Assembly: GCA_963695095.1 (NCBI GenBank)
Contig: CAVOFT010000001.1
Span: 3,328,001 to 3,392,000 of the forward strand
Source: an uncultured bacterium
Lineage (GTDB): Bacteria; Krumholzibacteriota; Krumholzibacteriia; JACNKJ01
Length of the DNA stretch: 64,000 nucleotides
Direction: 5' to 3'
The notes beneath the pieces were generated by a model that was not told the origin of the DNA, did not search any database, and was given only the letters and a program-made list of their open reading frames with translations. The translations under genes were made by a program, and so were the position numbers. Positions 18,065-27,953 of the stretch are shown here, piece after piece. Numbering within the stretch: position 1 is the first letter of the stretch; every line of letters starts with the position of its first letter.

Positions 18065-19114
18065 TCAACCGACGGCGTCGCTCTCCCGCTCCCTGGCCTG
18101 CTGGGCAAGCACGCCGAAGGCTTCGGCGCGGCGCGGGTCCTGGCGCTCGGCATAGATGCGGCTGAGCAGGGCATACACCTGGGCCAGATCCCCCTTGCCC
18201 TCGGGAAGGCGCGCGAGCTGCTGCTCGGCGGCACTGAGCTCCCCCATTCCCACCAGCAGCTCGGCCCGACCCAGCGCGGCGCGCGCATAGCTCGGGTTCA
18301 GCTCCAGCGCCTTGCCGAGCTGCAGCAGCGACGCCTCGCGATGCTCGCTCTCCTGGAGCAGGCGGGCGAGATCGTAGCGCAGGTCCGGCCAGTCCGGCTG
18401 CAGGGCCACGGCGCGCTCGAGCAGCGTCACCGCCGCCGCCAGCTCACCCCGTCGATCCCGCTCGGCCGCCAGCTCGCGCAGGAGCTCGATGGACTGCGGC
18501 CAGCGTTGGCAACCGCGTTCGAGCAGATCGCAGGCCGCCTTCGCCTCGCCCGCTCGCCGCTCCCAGCGAGCGCGGTAGAGCCAGTGCCGATCGGGCTGCC
18601 GTCCGCAGAGGGCGGCCCAGGCATAGAGCCGGCGACCAGCTTCCGCCTCGGCGCGATAGCTGAAGAACTCGCCCATGGCCGCGAAGAGGCGGCGGAAGGC
18701 TGGACAGAGCAGCGCCCGCCGCGCTGCCGGCGCTTCGCTCGCCAGAGGCGCCACGGTGGCGAGCAGGGCTTCTCCTTCTTCTGCGCCCACTGAGAAAGCC
18801 TGGCGCAGCTCCTCGGCCACGGCCTCGGCGGCCGGCGGCGGAGCGCTCGGGCGCAGCCCGCCCTGGGCGGCGAGCCAGGTTTCCCAGAGCTGCCGATCCG
18901 CGAAGCCGGCCGCCTGCGCGGCCAGACTCGCTCGGGCCTCGGCGGCCGCGGCGAGGAGGGTATCGGCTGTCGGGGGATCGCTCTCGATCAGCAGCTGCCC
19001 GCGCAGCAGCGAGTAGAGACCCCACTCGAGCGTGAGATCCGGGTAGGGCGGGTGCTGCTCGCGCCGCCACCGGTAATAGGGTTCGATGCGCTCGAGGAGG
19101 GCGATCCAGTCCAT
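18065..19114 (-). CDS. Tetratricopeptide-repeat protein
   Basis: C-terminal TPRs (LERAVALQPDWPDLRYDLA, KALELNPSYARA); 6 bp downstream of glpX. Confidence 0.8.
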   Translation of the reverse strand: MDWIALLERIEPYYRWRREQHPPYPDLTLEWGLYSLLRGQLLIESDPPTADTLLAAAAEARASLAAQAAGFADRQLWETWLAAQGGLRPSAPPPAAEAVAEELRQAFSVGAEEGEALLATVAPLASEAPAARRALLCPAFRRLFAAMGEFFSYRAEAEAGRRLYAWAALCGRQPDRHWLYRARWERRAGEAKAACDLLERGCQRWPQSIELLRELAAERDRRGELAAAVTLLERAVALQPDWPDLRYDLARLLQESEHREASLLQLGKALELNPSYARAALGRAELLVGMGELSAAEQQLARLPEGKGDLAQVYALLSRIYAERQDPRRAEAFGVLAQQARERESDAVG

Positions 19115-19120
19115 GCCGCC

Positions 19121-20065
19121 TCAGCTCTCGAAGAAGTGCTGCGCCTCGATCGTGCGAATCGTGCGCGAATGGCTGCGCATCACGATGCTGTGCGTGCTGC
19201 AGCCGCCCTTGTAGAAGCGCACGCCGCGCAGGAAATCGCCATCGGTGATCCCCGTCGCCGCGAACATGATGTTCTCGCCCATGGCCAGGTCCTGGAGATG
19301 GAAGATCTGGCCCGGATCGACCAGTCCCATGCCCAGGGCGCGCTCGCGTTCGGCCTCGTTGCGGAAGGCGAGGCGCGCCTGCATGTCCCCGCCCAGGCAG
19401 CGCAGCGCGGCCGCGGCGAGCACACCCTCCGGCGCTCCGCCGGTGCCGAGCAGGATGTCCACCGTGGCCTGCTCCACCGCCGTGGCGATGGCCGCCGAGA
19501 CATCGCCATCCGGGATCAGATGGATCCGACAGCCCACCTTGCGCACGCGGGCGATGAGCTGCTCGTGGCGCTCACGGTCAAGGATGGCCACCGTGAGATC
19601 GTGCACGGGCAGGCCCTTGGCCTCGGCGACGGCATGGAGGTTCTCCTCGGGGCTGCGCCGGATGTCGATGGCGCCCACGGCGGCCGGCCCCACGGCGATC
19701 TTCTCCATGTAGGTATCGGGGGCATGCAGGAACTGCCCGCGCGGCGCCACGGCGACCACCGAGAGGGCATTGGGCCGCCCGTAGGCCACGCTGTTCGTGC
19801 ACTCCAGGGGATCCAGGGCGATGTCCACCGCCGGCTCCTCCCCGGTGCCCACCGGCTCGCCGATGTAGAGCATCGGCGCTTCGTCGCGCTCACCCTCGCC
19901 GATGACGACCGTGCCGTCCATCGCGATCCTCGCGAAGCCCTCCCGCATCGCCGTGGTCGCGGCCTGATCGGCAGCATTGGGATCACCGCGTCCCAGCAAG
20001 CGAGACGAGGCGATCGCCGCCGCCTCGGTGACACGAACGATCTCGAGTGCCAGGTTGCGATCCAT
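19121..20065 (-). CDS. glpX: Class II fructose-1,6-bisphosphatase
   Basis: RVTEAAAI, VIGEGERDEAPMLYIGE, DIALDPLE, PDTYMEKI, DGDV, GGAPEGV, ATGITDG. Confidence 0.97.
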   Translation of the reverse strand: MDRNLALEIVRVTEAAAIASSRLLGRGDPNAADQAATTAMREGFARIAMDGTVVIGEGERDEAPMLYIGEPVGTGEEPAVDIALDPLECTNSVAYGRPNALSVVAVAPRGQFLHAPDTYMEKIAVGPAAVGAIDIRRSPEENLHAVAEAKGLPVHDLTVAILDRERHEQLIARVRKVGCRIHLIPDGDVSAAIATAVEQATVDILLGTGGAPEGVLAAAALRCLGGDMQARLAFRNEAERERALGMGLVDPGQIFHLQDLAMGENIMFAATGITDGDFLRGVRFYKGGCSTHSIVMRSHSRTIRTIEAQHFFES

Positions 20066-20083
20066 CTCGAGCCCCCTCCCGCC

Positions 20084-20560
20084 CTAGAGCGTCTGCGTTC
20101 CGGGTAGCGACTCCACGCGCGCCCGCGAAGGCTGCTCGTCATTGAGGATCACCGCTACGTCGTAGGCGTGCAGCATGTAGCCGACGACGAGGAGCGGCAG
20201 GGTTTCGCCGCGACTGACGAAGAGAAGGGCGAGGCCACCGAGCAGACCCCACCAGAACCAGTTGGGCTGCTCGAGGTAGAGATAGCTGAACGGTCCGAAG
20301 AAGAAGGCGAGCGTGGCGGCGAGGTAGGGCCGCTTGGGCAAGCGCGTGCCCTGCAGGCGCAGGGCGCGCGGCCAGAAGCTGTGGCTTCGATCCTCGCCCG
20401 CTGCGCTCTCGAGCGGGGGGTCGGCGCCCAGCGCCTCGGCCCCGTCGAGGGCGCTCTGGAGATCCGCTTCGCTGGGCAGCGTGCTCAGGTCGAGGCCGCA
20501 GGTCGGGCAGAAGCTGGCCTCCGCGGGTGCCGGCTGGGTGCAGCGAGGGCAATTCATCAT
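20084..20560 (-). CDS. Zinc-ribbon membrane protein
   Basis: AAAGGAG RBS; N-terminal CPRC...FCPTCG; hydrophobic C-terminal half (LAATLAFFFGPFSYLYL). Confidence 0.8.
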   Translation of the reverse strand: MMNCPRCTQPAPAEASFCPTCGLDLSTLPSEADLQSALDGAEALGADPPLESAAGEDRSHSFWPRALRLQGTRLPKRPYLAATLAFFFGPFSYLYLEQPNWFWWGLLGGLALLFVSRGETLPLLVVGYMLHAYDVAVILNDEQPSRARVESLPGTQTL

Positions 20561-20702
20561 GGCTCCTTTGCGGTGGCGGGGGTCCGGATCCTCGCGGCGC
20601 GGGTCGCGGCCAGGGCAGTCTAGGAGTCCCCCAGGGATCACGCAAGCATCATTCCGGCCGGATCCCTTGTCTCAATGGCAGCTCCGGCCCTACTCTCCAG
20701 GT

Positions 20703-21659
20703 ATGTGGCGCTCCTTCCTGGTCTCGCTCTTCGCCCTCGCCCTGGTCCTCGGCTGCTCCGGGCGCGAGGGGCCCGAACCAAGCCGCGAGCGCGCCATCCA
20801 GGGCGCGGCCAAGCAGGTCGACGCCGAGCGCCTCTACGCGCATGTCGCGGCACTCAGCAGCATCCACTCGCGCTGGATGCACTACGATCCCGGCACGGCC
20901 GCCACCATCAACTGGCTGCTGGCCACGCTGGCGGCCCAGGGCACGCCCGCTGTCACCGACAGCTTCACCTTCCATCGCCTGCGCGACATCCACACGGCCA
21001 ATGTCGTGGTCACCCTGCCCGGCCACGGCCGACCCGAGGAGTTCATCCTCATCGGGGCGCACTGGGACACCACCTCGTATCCAGAGAGCTGGCAGGACTC
21101 CAGCGCGCGCGCGCCGGGGGCCATCGACAATGCCAGCGGCGTGGCCGCCCTCATCGAACTCGCCCGCGTGCTGGCCGACCGGCCCCTCGAGCGCACGGTG
21201 CAGATCATCTTCTTCGCCGGCGAGGAAATCGGCTTCAAGGGCAGCACGCGCGTGCGCGACTACTGGTTCGCGGAGACCGGGCCCGACAGCCTCGTCTGCA
21301 TGATCAACGTGGACATGCTCGGCTCCGACCCCGATCTCCCCGATGCCAACCTGATCTGCAACGCCCTCAGCGCCCCGCTGGCGGCGGCGGCCTTGCCCTG
21401 GGCGCAACTCGCCGGTCACGGCGTGGCACTCGACACGATGATGCGGAACTCGGGGAACCCGGGGGGAAGCAGCGATTTTCTTCCGTTCTGGTACTACGAC
21501 ATGCCCGCGTTCTGGATACACGAGGGGCCCGAAGACGCCTCTCCGCTCGCCAATGATATGGGCGACAGCTTGCCCGCCCTGCAGCTGGATTTCTTGACCC
21601 ACGGCACGCGCGCGATCGTCGGCGCGGTGATGCACCTGGCCGAGCCCGTGCTACGCTGA
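20703..21659 (+). CDS. M28 family metallopeptidase, lipoprotein
   Basis: Lipobox LVLGC; IGAHWD, PGAIDNASGVA, FAGEEIG, INVDM. The terminal His ligand is not obvious. Confidence 0.9.
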   Translation: MWRSFLVSLFALALVLGCSGREGPEPSRERAIQGAAKQVDAERLYAHVAALSSIHSRWMHYDPGTAATINWLLATLAAQGTPAVTDSFTFHRLRDIHTANVVVTLPGHGRPEEFILIGAHWDTTSYPESWQDSSARAPGAIDNASGVAALIELARVLADRPLERTVQIIFFAGEEIGFKGSTRVRDYWFAETGPDSLVCMINVDMLGSDPDLPDANLICNALSAPLAAAALPWAQLAGHGVALDTMMRNSGNPGGSSDFLPFWYYDMPAFWIHEGPEDASPLANDMGDSLPALQLDFLTHGTRAIVGAVMHLAEPVLR

Positions 21660-22760
21660 GGTCGTGGGCGCTGCCGGTCGCCGGCCGCGGCGCAGGGCCT
21701 CGAGCCGATCCTCGAGCAGATCCCGCCGCAGCACCCCGCGGATGCGCCCTTCAGCGTGCACGGGCCAGGCCTCGCGCCCGCTCGCGCGCAGCCGTTGCAG
21801 CGCCTCGCCGAGCGGCAGGCTGGCGGCAAGGGGCTGCAGCCCCTCCTCCACGAGCTGCGCAAGCGGCAGCCGTACGGGCATGACCAGGCTGGCCGAGAGC
21901 AGGGCGCGCCGTGACAGCAGGCCGAAGCGCCCACCCTCGAGATCCACCACGACCCAGGCCAGACCCTCGCGCACAGCGAGGGCGCTTTGCAGTTCGCCCA
22001 CCGCTGAGTCACGCGACGCCAGCAGCCAGGGCGCGGGATCCAGGTACTCGCCCGCTTGCTGATGGCGGAGCAGATCGTCCGCCCGCACGCCGCGCAGCTC
22101 ACGGCCGCCGGCCACGAACAAGAAGACGCCGATCAGTCCGAGCAACAGGTACTGCGGTCCCAGGAGCGGTAGCAGAATCAGCAGGCCGGCAAAGACGCGG
22201 CCGAGCAGCACGGCCCGCTCGGTGGCGCGCAGGTAGGACAGGCGCAGGGCAAGCCCCGCGCGCAGCACGCGCCCGCCGTCGAGCGGAAAGGCTGGCACGA
22301 GATTGAAGAGGGCAAGGGCCAGATTCGCGTGCAGGAAGCGGGCGAGCAGGCCATCCCCCAGGAGCAGCGAGGTATCAAGCGGCCCCGCGGCCAGCGCGAA
22401 GGCCAGCAAGACGGGCGCGGCGAGGGCGAGATTGACCGCCGGCCCCGCCAGCGCGATCAGGATCTCATCGCGCGGGCGCCGCGGCAGCGCATCCATGAGG
22501 GCGATTCCCCCCAGGGGCATCAGCGTGATCGATCGGATGCGCACGCCCAGTCGCTGCGCCACCAGGCTGTGCCCCAGCTCGTGGAGTAGAACGAGGGCGA
22601 ACAGTACGATCAGGCTGAGCAAGGTGATCGCCGCTTCGCGCCAGCCGCCGCCGAGGCCGTAGAGCAGGGCGAGAAGTAGCAGGAAAGGGGGGAAGCTGCC
22701 GTGTAGGACCACCTCGATCCCGGCGATCCGGCCCATGCGCAGCCGTCCAATGCCGAACAT
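21651..22760 (-). CDS. Site-2 protease (M50) with C-terminal CBS-like domains
   Basis: HELGH, ALAGPAVN, FNLVPAFPLDGGR; RBS GGGAG before ATG 22760. Confidence 0.92.
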   Translation of the reverse strand: MFGIGRLRMGRIAGIEVVLHGSFPPFLLLLALLYGLGGGWREAAITLLSLIVLFALVLLHELGHSLVAQRLGVRIRSITLMPLGGIALMDALPRRPRDEILIALAGPAVNLALAAPVLLAFALAAGPLDTSLLLGDGLLARFLHANLALALFNLVPAFPLDGGRVLRAGLALRLSYLRATERAVLLGRVFAGLLILLPLLGPQYLLLGLIGVFLFVAGGRELRGVRADDLLRHQQAGEYLDPAPWLLASRDSAVGELQSALAVREGLAWVVVDLEGGRFGLLSRRALLSASLVMPVRLPLAQLVEEGLQPLAASLPLGEALQRLRASGREAWPVHAEGRIRGVLRRDLLEDRLEALRRGRRPAAPTTSA

Positions 22761-22821
22761 CTCCCGCCGCCTTCCTTCCCGGTGGCGCTCCGAGACATCT
22801 CGCCTGGAGCGCCCCTGGTGA

Positions 22822-22851
22822 TTGACCTTAAGCGAATTCGTCTGATATAAT
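22822..22851 (+). promoter_or_regulatory. Sigma70-type promoter
   Basis: TTGACC (22822-27), 18-bp spacer, TG-A-TATAAT (22843-51), upstream of ATG 22897. Confidence 0.7.
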
Positions 22852-22896
22852 CTGGTCCATCGTGTGCTCCACCACAACCCCGCGCAGGTGTGCTGC

Positions 22897-24765
22897 ATGA
22901 CCCTTGGTCGGATCCGGTGCCTGCGGCTCTGCGCTGCTTTGCTCGCCACGCTCTTCGCGCTGGCGGCTCCGCTGGCCGGATCCGCCGCCGCTGCGCTGGA
23001 TATCGATTTCGAGCAGCCCTACTTCGTCGAAGCGCTCGGGGTGCAGTGCAAGGACCACGCCCTGGTCAAGGTCGATGGCGTCTACCACGTCTTCTACATT
23101 CACAGTTTTCCCCCGAATCCGCCCGACTATCTGCGCAGCGAGCGCTGGCTGGGCCACCTCACGAGCGAGGATCTGCGCCACTGGTCGCGGCAGGACAGCA
23201 TCCTGCCCGTCAGCGAGACACCTCCGGGAGGCTGGGAAGGCAAGTTCATCTGGGCGCCCAAGCTGATCCAGGATCTCGACACCAGTGCCTGGTTCCTCTT
23301 CTACACCGGGGTCAGCCAGTCCGTTGCCCAGCAGACGGGCCTTGCCTACGGCTGGAACCTCTTCGACTGGACGCGCTGGCCCCTGAATCCCATCTACCGC
23401 CCCGGCGCCTGGTCGAACTGGACCGCCGGCACCTGGGCCAACTGCCGCGATCCCGAGGTCTTCCACGAGACCGGCGACCTCTACTACTACTTGCTCAACA
23501 CCGCCAGCACGGCCGCAGGGCTGGGCGCGATCTCCTTCGCTCGCAGCCAGAACCTGGCCAGCTGGTCCGATCAGCCGCCGCTCTTCGTGAACAACAGCGC
23601 CGCCGTGCTCGAGAGCCCCCAGCTGGTCAAGAACGACGGGCTCTATCACCTCTTCTTCACGGAGGAGACGGTGCAGGGCACCAGCCACATCACGGCGCCC
23701 ACCCTGACCGGCGCCTGGAGCAAGGACAACCTCGCGATCATCGACGCCGGCAATGCGCCCGAGATCTCGGATCTCGGCGATGAGGTCGTCTTCAGCCGCC
23801 ACAACGCGCTGGCGTCCCCCGACGGTCCGATCTTCTACTATCGCTTCGACCACATCGCGCTGGATGGTCCCGGCGGCGCCGCTCAGATCAGCCCCCTCGG
23901 CCCCGCGCTGCCCGGCTGGAGCGTGGTCTTCGGCTCGGCCTTCGACAATCAGCCGACCTGGGGCGACAACCCCCATCAGCGCGGCGCCGGGCACAGCAAC
24001 CTGGAGGGCAACAGCTACCTGGCCACCTACGAGGACTTCCCGGCCCCCGTGGAGGGCGAGGAAGGCAACACCCAGGGGGTCCTGACCGTGGGCCTGCTGC
24101 GCGGCGCTCCCTTCACGATTGCGGAGAATCGCCTGCAGCTCCTGGTCGGCGGCGGCGGCAATGTCGAGCGCGTGTTCGTAGGCCTCGTGCGCTCGAGCGA
24201 CGAGACGCTGCTCTTCCGCGAGACCGGCGAGAACAGCCACGCGATGAGCCTGCGCCTCTGGGACTGCAGCACGCTCATCGGCGAGGAGGTCTACCTGGTC
24301 ATCGCCGACCTCTCGTTCACGAGCTGGGGCTGCATCAGCACCGACGCCATTCGCGAGTACCATGAAGACGGCGAGGATCCCTTCCCCCCCAGCCAGCCCA
24401 ACCTGGCCGGTCCCCTGCTCGAGGATGTGCTCGCCGCGGCCGGCTACGGGCAGACCGGCGTGGCCGGGTCGGCCCCGCTTGCGGTCGCCGCGCGGCTGCT
24501 CGCGCCCTTCCCCAACCCCTTCAATCCGAGCACGCGCCTGCGCTACGAGCTGGCCCGCCCGGGGCGCGTGGAGATCGACATCCTCGATGCCACCGGCCGC
24601 CGGCTGCGCCGCCTGCTGATCGCCAGCCTGCCAGCGGGTCCGGGTTTCGTGACCTGGGATGGGCGCGACGAGGCCGGCCACAGCCTCCCCAGCGGGGTCT
24701 ATCTGGCGCGCCTCACGCGAGACGGTGCCCTCGCCGGTACGCGCAAGCTCCAGCTCATCCGCTAG
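22897..24765 (+). CDS. Secreted GH32/GH-J-like beta-propeller + accessory domain + FlgD-Ig/T9SS-like CTD (paralog of 16092-17945)
   Basis: Collinear with the paralog: QCKDH, WAPK, NCRDPE, QPTWGDNP, GNSY.ATYE, LLVGGG, PNPFNP. Confidence 0.85.
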   Translation: MTLGRIRCLRLCAALLATLFALAAPLAGSAAAALDIDFEQPYFVEALGVQCKDHALVKVDGVYHVFYIHSFPPNPPDYLRSERWLGHLTSEDLRHWSRQDSILPVSETPPGGWEGKFIWAPKLIQDLDTSAWFLFYTGVSQSVAQQTGLAYGWNLFDWTRWPLNPIYRPGAWSNWTAGTWANCRDPEVFHETGDLYYYLLNTASTAAGLGAISFARSQNLASWSDQPPLFVNNSAAVLESPQLVKNDGLYHLFFTEETVQGTSHITAPTLTGAWSKDNLAIIDAGNAPEISDLGDEVVFSRHNALASPDGPIFYYRFDHIALDGPGGAAQISPLGPALPGWSVVFGSAFDNQPTWGDNPHQRGAGHSNLEGNSYLATYEDFPAPVEGEEGNTQGVLTVGLLRGAPFTIAENRLQLLVGGGGNVERVFVGLVRSSDETLLFRETGENSHAMSLRLWDCSTLIGEEVYLVIADLSFTSWGCISTDAIREYHEDGEDPFPPSQPNLAGPLLEDVLAAAGYGQTGVAGSAPLAVAARLLAPFPNPFNPSTRLRYELARPGRVEIDILDATGRRLRRLLIASLPAGPGFVTWDGRDEAGHSLPSGVYLARLTRDGALAGTRKLQLIR

Positions 24766-24773
24766 ATCCGGCG

Positions 24774-26618
24774 CTAGTCCGCGACGAGCAGGCTCAGGTC
24801 CTGCCGCGCGGGCATGTGGTAGAGGATGTGCAGCAGCTTCAGCTCGTCGCCCGAGGGCCGATCCACGGTGTTCGTCGTCGCCAGCACGTGCTGGATCTCG
24901 TTGCTGTGTCGCTGCGGCCCGAGCGCGTGCCCGAGCTCGTGCAGGATGACCCGCTGCAGGGTCTGCTCGGAGCCCGGCTGGCCGTTCGCCACCCAGCGGA
25001 TCTCGCTGCGCAGCGGCACGCCCGTCCCGGGTTCCCAGGCCGTGTAGCGGTGGCTGCTGTAGCCTTCATCGGTGTAGACGATGTCCACGGCGCTCGCTGC
25101 CGGCGAGGCCACCTCGACGAAGAGATCCAGGCCGCAGTCCGCTTCCCAGATGTCCAGGGCGTTGCGCGCCAGCTCGTGGTAGGCGATGCCGGCCGCTGTC
25201 AGCGGCGGCAGGTAGATCGGGATCGGGTAGCGCGGATGAACAAGCACGCCCTCGCCCAGGTCGTTCAGGCCCCCGGTCACTCCCATGCTGAGCAGGTAGG
25301 CGAGGAATTCGGGATAGACGCCGGTCTGGGTGGGCCCGCCGCCAAAGGTGCCGTGCTCGTAATGCAGAGAGTCCCCGATGGCCCGCGTGTCCACGATGTC
25401 GTAGTAAGCGCCGACGCCGACGCCCGGCTCGTCGCGGATCAGGCCCGGCGGATTGCTCTGGCTCGCCGCCTTGGCCGGCACATCGGCACAGTGAAAGCGG
25501 CCTTCGGCGTCCGTGAAGACGCGCACCTCATCCTGCGTGCGTCCGATCCCGTAGCGCACTTCAAGGTTGGGCACCCCCGAGCCCGACTCCCAGTCCAGCA
25601 CCCGTCCGCCCACGGCATAGCCGGCGACCTTGCCCCCGGCGGCCTCGCTCCACGGGGACCGATTGCCGCAGCGATCCTGGGCGCGCACCCGCACGAAGAA
25701 GAGCCGCCCCGGCGCCAGGTTCGGGATCGTGAAGAGCTCCTCATCGGCGCCTGCCGTGGCCGGCAGCAACCCGATCAGGTTGGTCGTGCTCCACTGCTCG
25801 GGCGGCAGCAGGCTGTCCCAGAAGCGGACCTCGTAGCGGGCCGGGGCGCCCATAGGAGCGTCCTCGGACGCGCTGAAGCGGATGACGAGATCGCCCGGCG
25901 CCGGTCCCGGGCCGATGCGCAGGTCGCCGGGGGCTGTCGGCGCTTCCTGATCGCTGCAGGGGGACACCTCCACCCGCCAGTAGTGGTACAGATCGATGGT
26001 CGTCCCGGGCACCCAGGCGTGGCCCTCGACCAGGTTCTCCCCCTCATCCTGGGGAATGAAGGTCAGATTGGCAGCGTCTCCCACGCGGGTGCCGTTCACA
26101 TGCCAGCGGTACTCGACGGGACCCGGAGCGTTCACGATGTCCATGCTGAAGCTGAGCGTATCGCTGACCACGGCCGCAAGCTGGACCTGCGGCGGCACGA
26201 CGATGAACTCGATGCCCGGGGTGACGCTCACGCGCAGCGGCCAGCTGCGGCCCAGGGTGACGCCGGCGTCCTCGATTTCCATCCGAACGGTGATCAGGCT
26301 GTCCTCGCGGATGAGGGGCCAGATGAGGCCGAAATCGGCGGGGCTGAACAGAAACTCCCCGCCGGCCAGGGAGACGGTGTCGGGCAGGAGCGCCCGGTAG
26401 ATCGCGGCAGCGCTGGCCTGGGCGCTGAGAATGAAGCGCTCGGTGCCCTGCTCGTCCAGGACGAGGGTGTCCTCGCCGCTGGGCGCGAAGTACAGCAGGC
26501 GCGGCGGCAGGGTTTCCGGCGGCAGGCTCCGCCCGCAGGAGCCCAGGCCGAGGGCCCCGCCCAGCCCCAGCAGGAGCCCAAGCCGGAGGCCCAAGCGTTG
26601 GAATCGTTTGCTTTTCAT
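24774..26618 (-). CDS. Lipoprotein with Ig-like/FN3 domains and C-terminal matrixin-like zinc metalloprotease
   Basis: Lipobox LGSC; FN3-like APTAPGDL...VRVRAQDRCGNRSPWS; HELGHALGPQRH. Confidence 0.8.
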   Translation of the reverse strand: MKSKRFQRLGLRLGLLLGLGGALGLGSCGRSLPPETLPPRLLYFAPSGEDTLVLDEQGTERFILSAQASAAAIYRALLPDTVSLAGGEFLFSPADFGLIWPLIREDSLITVRMEIEDAGVTLGRSWPLRVSVTPGIEFIVVPPQVQLAAVVSDTLSFSMDIVNAPGPVEYRWHVNGTRVGDAANLTFIPQDEGENLVEGHAWVPGTTIDLYHYWRVEVSPCSDQEAPTAPGDLRIGPGPAPGDLVIRFSASEDAPMGAPARYEVRFWDSLLPPEQWSTTNLIGLLPATAGADEELFTIPNLAPGRLFFVRVRAQDRCGNRSPWSEAAGGKVAGYAVGGRVLDWESGSGVPNLEVRYGIGRTQDEVRVFTDAEGRFHCADVPAKAASQSNPPGLIRDEPGVGVGAYYDIVDTRAIGDSLHYEHGTFGGGPTQTGVYPEFLAYLLSMGVTGGLNDLGEGVLVHPRYPIPIYLPPLTAAGIAYHELARNALDIWEADCGLDLFVEVASPAASAVDIVYTDEGYSSHRYTAWEPGTGVPLRSEIRWVANGQPGSEQTLQRVILHELGHALGPQRHSNEIQHVLATTNTVDRPSGDELKLLHILYHMPARQDLSLLVAD

Positions 26619-26791
26619 GGCCTTCACTGCTGTGGACGGGCAGCCGGGTCCAGCCCCGGCTGCCCGCAATATGCGGGCCCGGCAGCCCGGAAGCAAAGCG
26701 AAGCGGGCAGGGCCGGGCTTGATGCGGTTTCGAGGCTCCTGTATATTGCCCCTGCCTCGAACCGGATTCCCCAATTCTGATGAGGATCGAC

Positions 26792-27937
26792 ATGAAATCT
26801 GCGTTCCGCTTCGCCACCGCCTTGCTCTGCCTCTCCTTCGTCGCTGCCGATGGGATCGCCCAGCCCAGCGAGGTGGATCAGCTTGTCGCCAGCGGCGAGG
26901 AGTACTACCGCAACGGCTTGTACCGTCAGGCCGTTGCCAGCTTCCGGCAGGCCTTCACCCAGGACAGCAGCAACCTGCAGGCCGCCAGGGGCTTGGGCAG
27001 CTCGGCCATGCAACTCCAGGATTGGCGGAACGCCAAGACCGGCTTCGAGGCCGCCCACAGCCTGTCTCCCGAGGACTGCAGCGTCACCAACAGCCTGGCC
27101 TACGTCTATCTCGCCCTGAAGATCGAGGAGCGGGCCAAGGCCACCTATGAGGAGATCGTCGGCAAGCCGGGCAGTCCCGGCTGCGATCCGGGCAACAACT
27201 TCGCCAAGGTCAACCTGGCGAGCCTCTACCTCCGCTCCCGGAACGAGGAAGATAAGGGCCGAGCGCTGCAGGTCCTCAACCAGGTCGTGAATGCGGAGAG
27301 CCAGGACACGTCCCTGCTGGCGCGCGCCCACTTCTCCCTGGGCACGCTCTACAGACAGAACAAGAACTACGATCTGGCGATCACCCACCTGGAGAAGACT
27401 TTCGAGTACGATCCGGCGAAGCTGGATGGGCGCTACAACCTCGGCTTGCTGTACTTCAACAAGCAGCAATTCGACAAGGCGCTCATCCATCTGGAGAAGG
27501 CCTACGCCGAGCAGGAGGGCGACTACAACATCAACCTGATGCTCGGCCTCGTGCACAACGAGATGCCGGGCGGCCAGGAGAAGGCCCAGGGCTATCTGCA
27601 GCGGGCCGTCGATCTCATCGCCGACCTGGAGCCCAGCGCGCGGCCGGACAGGAACCTCCCGCACCGCTACCTTGGCAATATCTACAACGACATGGGCGAG
27701 CCGGCAAAGGCCATCGAGGTGATCCAGGCCGCGCTGCCGCTCGTCAAGGATGCCACCGAGCGGGCCGGCCTGCTCTGCACCAAGGGCAAGAGCCTGGAGA
27801 AGCTGGGCCGCTATGAGGAAGCGCTGGGCATCTTCGAGTCGATCGCCGGCGACCCCCAGTGGGGCAGCTACGCGCAGACCGAGATCAAGCGGCAGGAGAA
27901 CCTGATCGCGCGCGACCAAGCGCAGCGGGGAAACTAG
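26792..27937 (+). CDS. Secreted TPR protein
   Basis: GAGG RBS, signal peptide, many TPRs (AHFSLGTLY, RYNLGLLY, HRYLGNIY). Confidence 0.9.
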   Translation: MKSAFRFATALLCLSFVAADGIAQPSEVDQLVASGEEYYRNGLYRQAVASFRQAFTQDSSNLQAARGLGSSAMQLQDWRNAKTGFEAAHSLSPEDCSVTNSLAYVYLALKIEERAKATYEEIVGKPGSPGCDPGNNFAKVNLASLYLRSRNEEDKGRALQVLNQVVNAESQDTSLLARAHFSLGTLYRQNKNYDLAITHLEKTFEYDPAKLDGRYNLGLLYFNKQQFDKALIHLEKAYAEQEGDYNINLMLGLVHNEMPGGQEKAQGYLQRAVDLIADLEPSARPDRNLPHRYLGNIYNDMGEPAKAIEVIQAALPLVKDATERAGLLCTKGKSLEKLGRYEEALGIFESIAGDPQWGSYAQTEIKRQENLIARDQAQRGN

Positions 27938-27953
27938 CCACCGCGCGGAGAAC

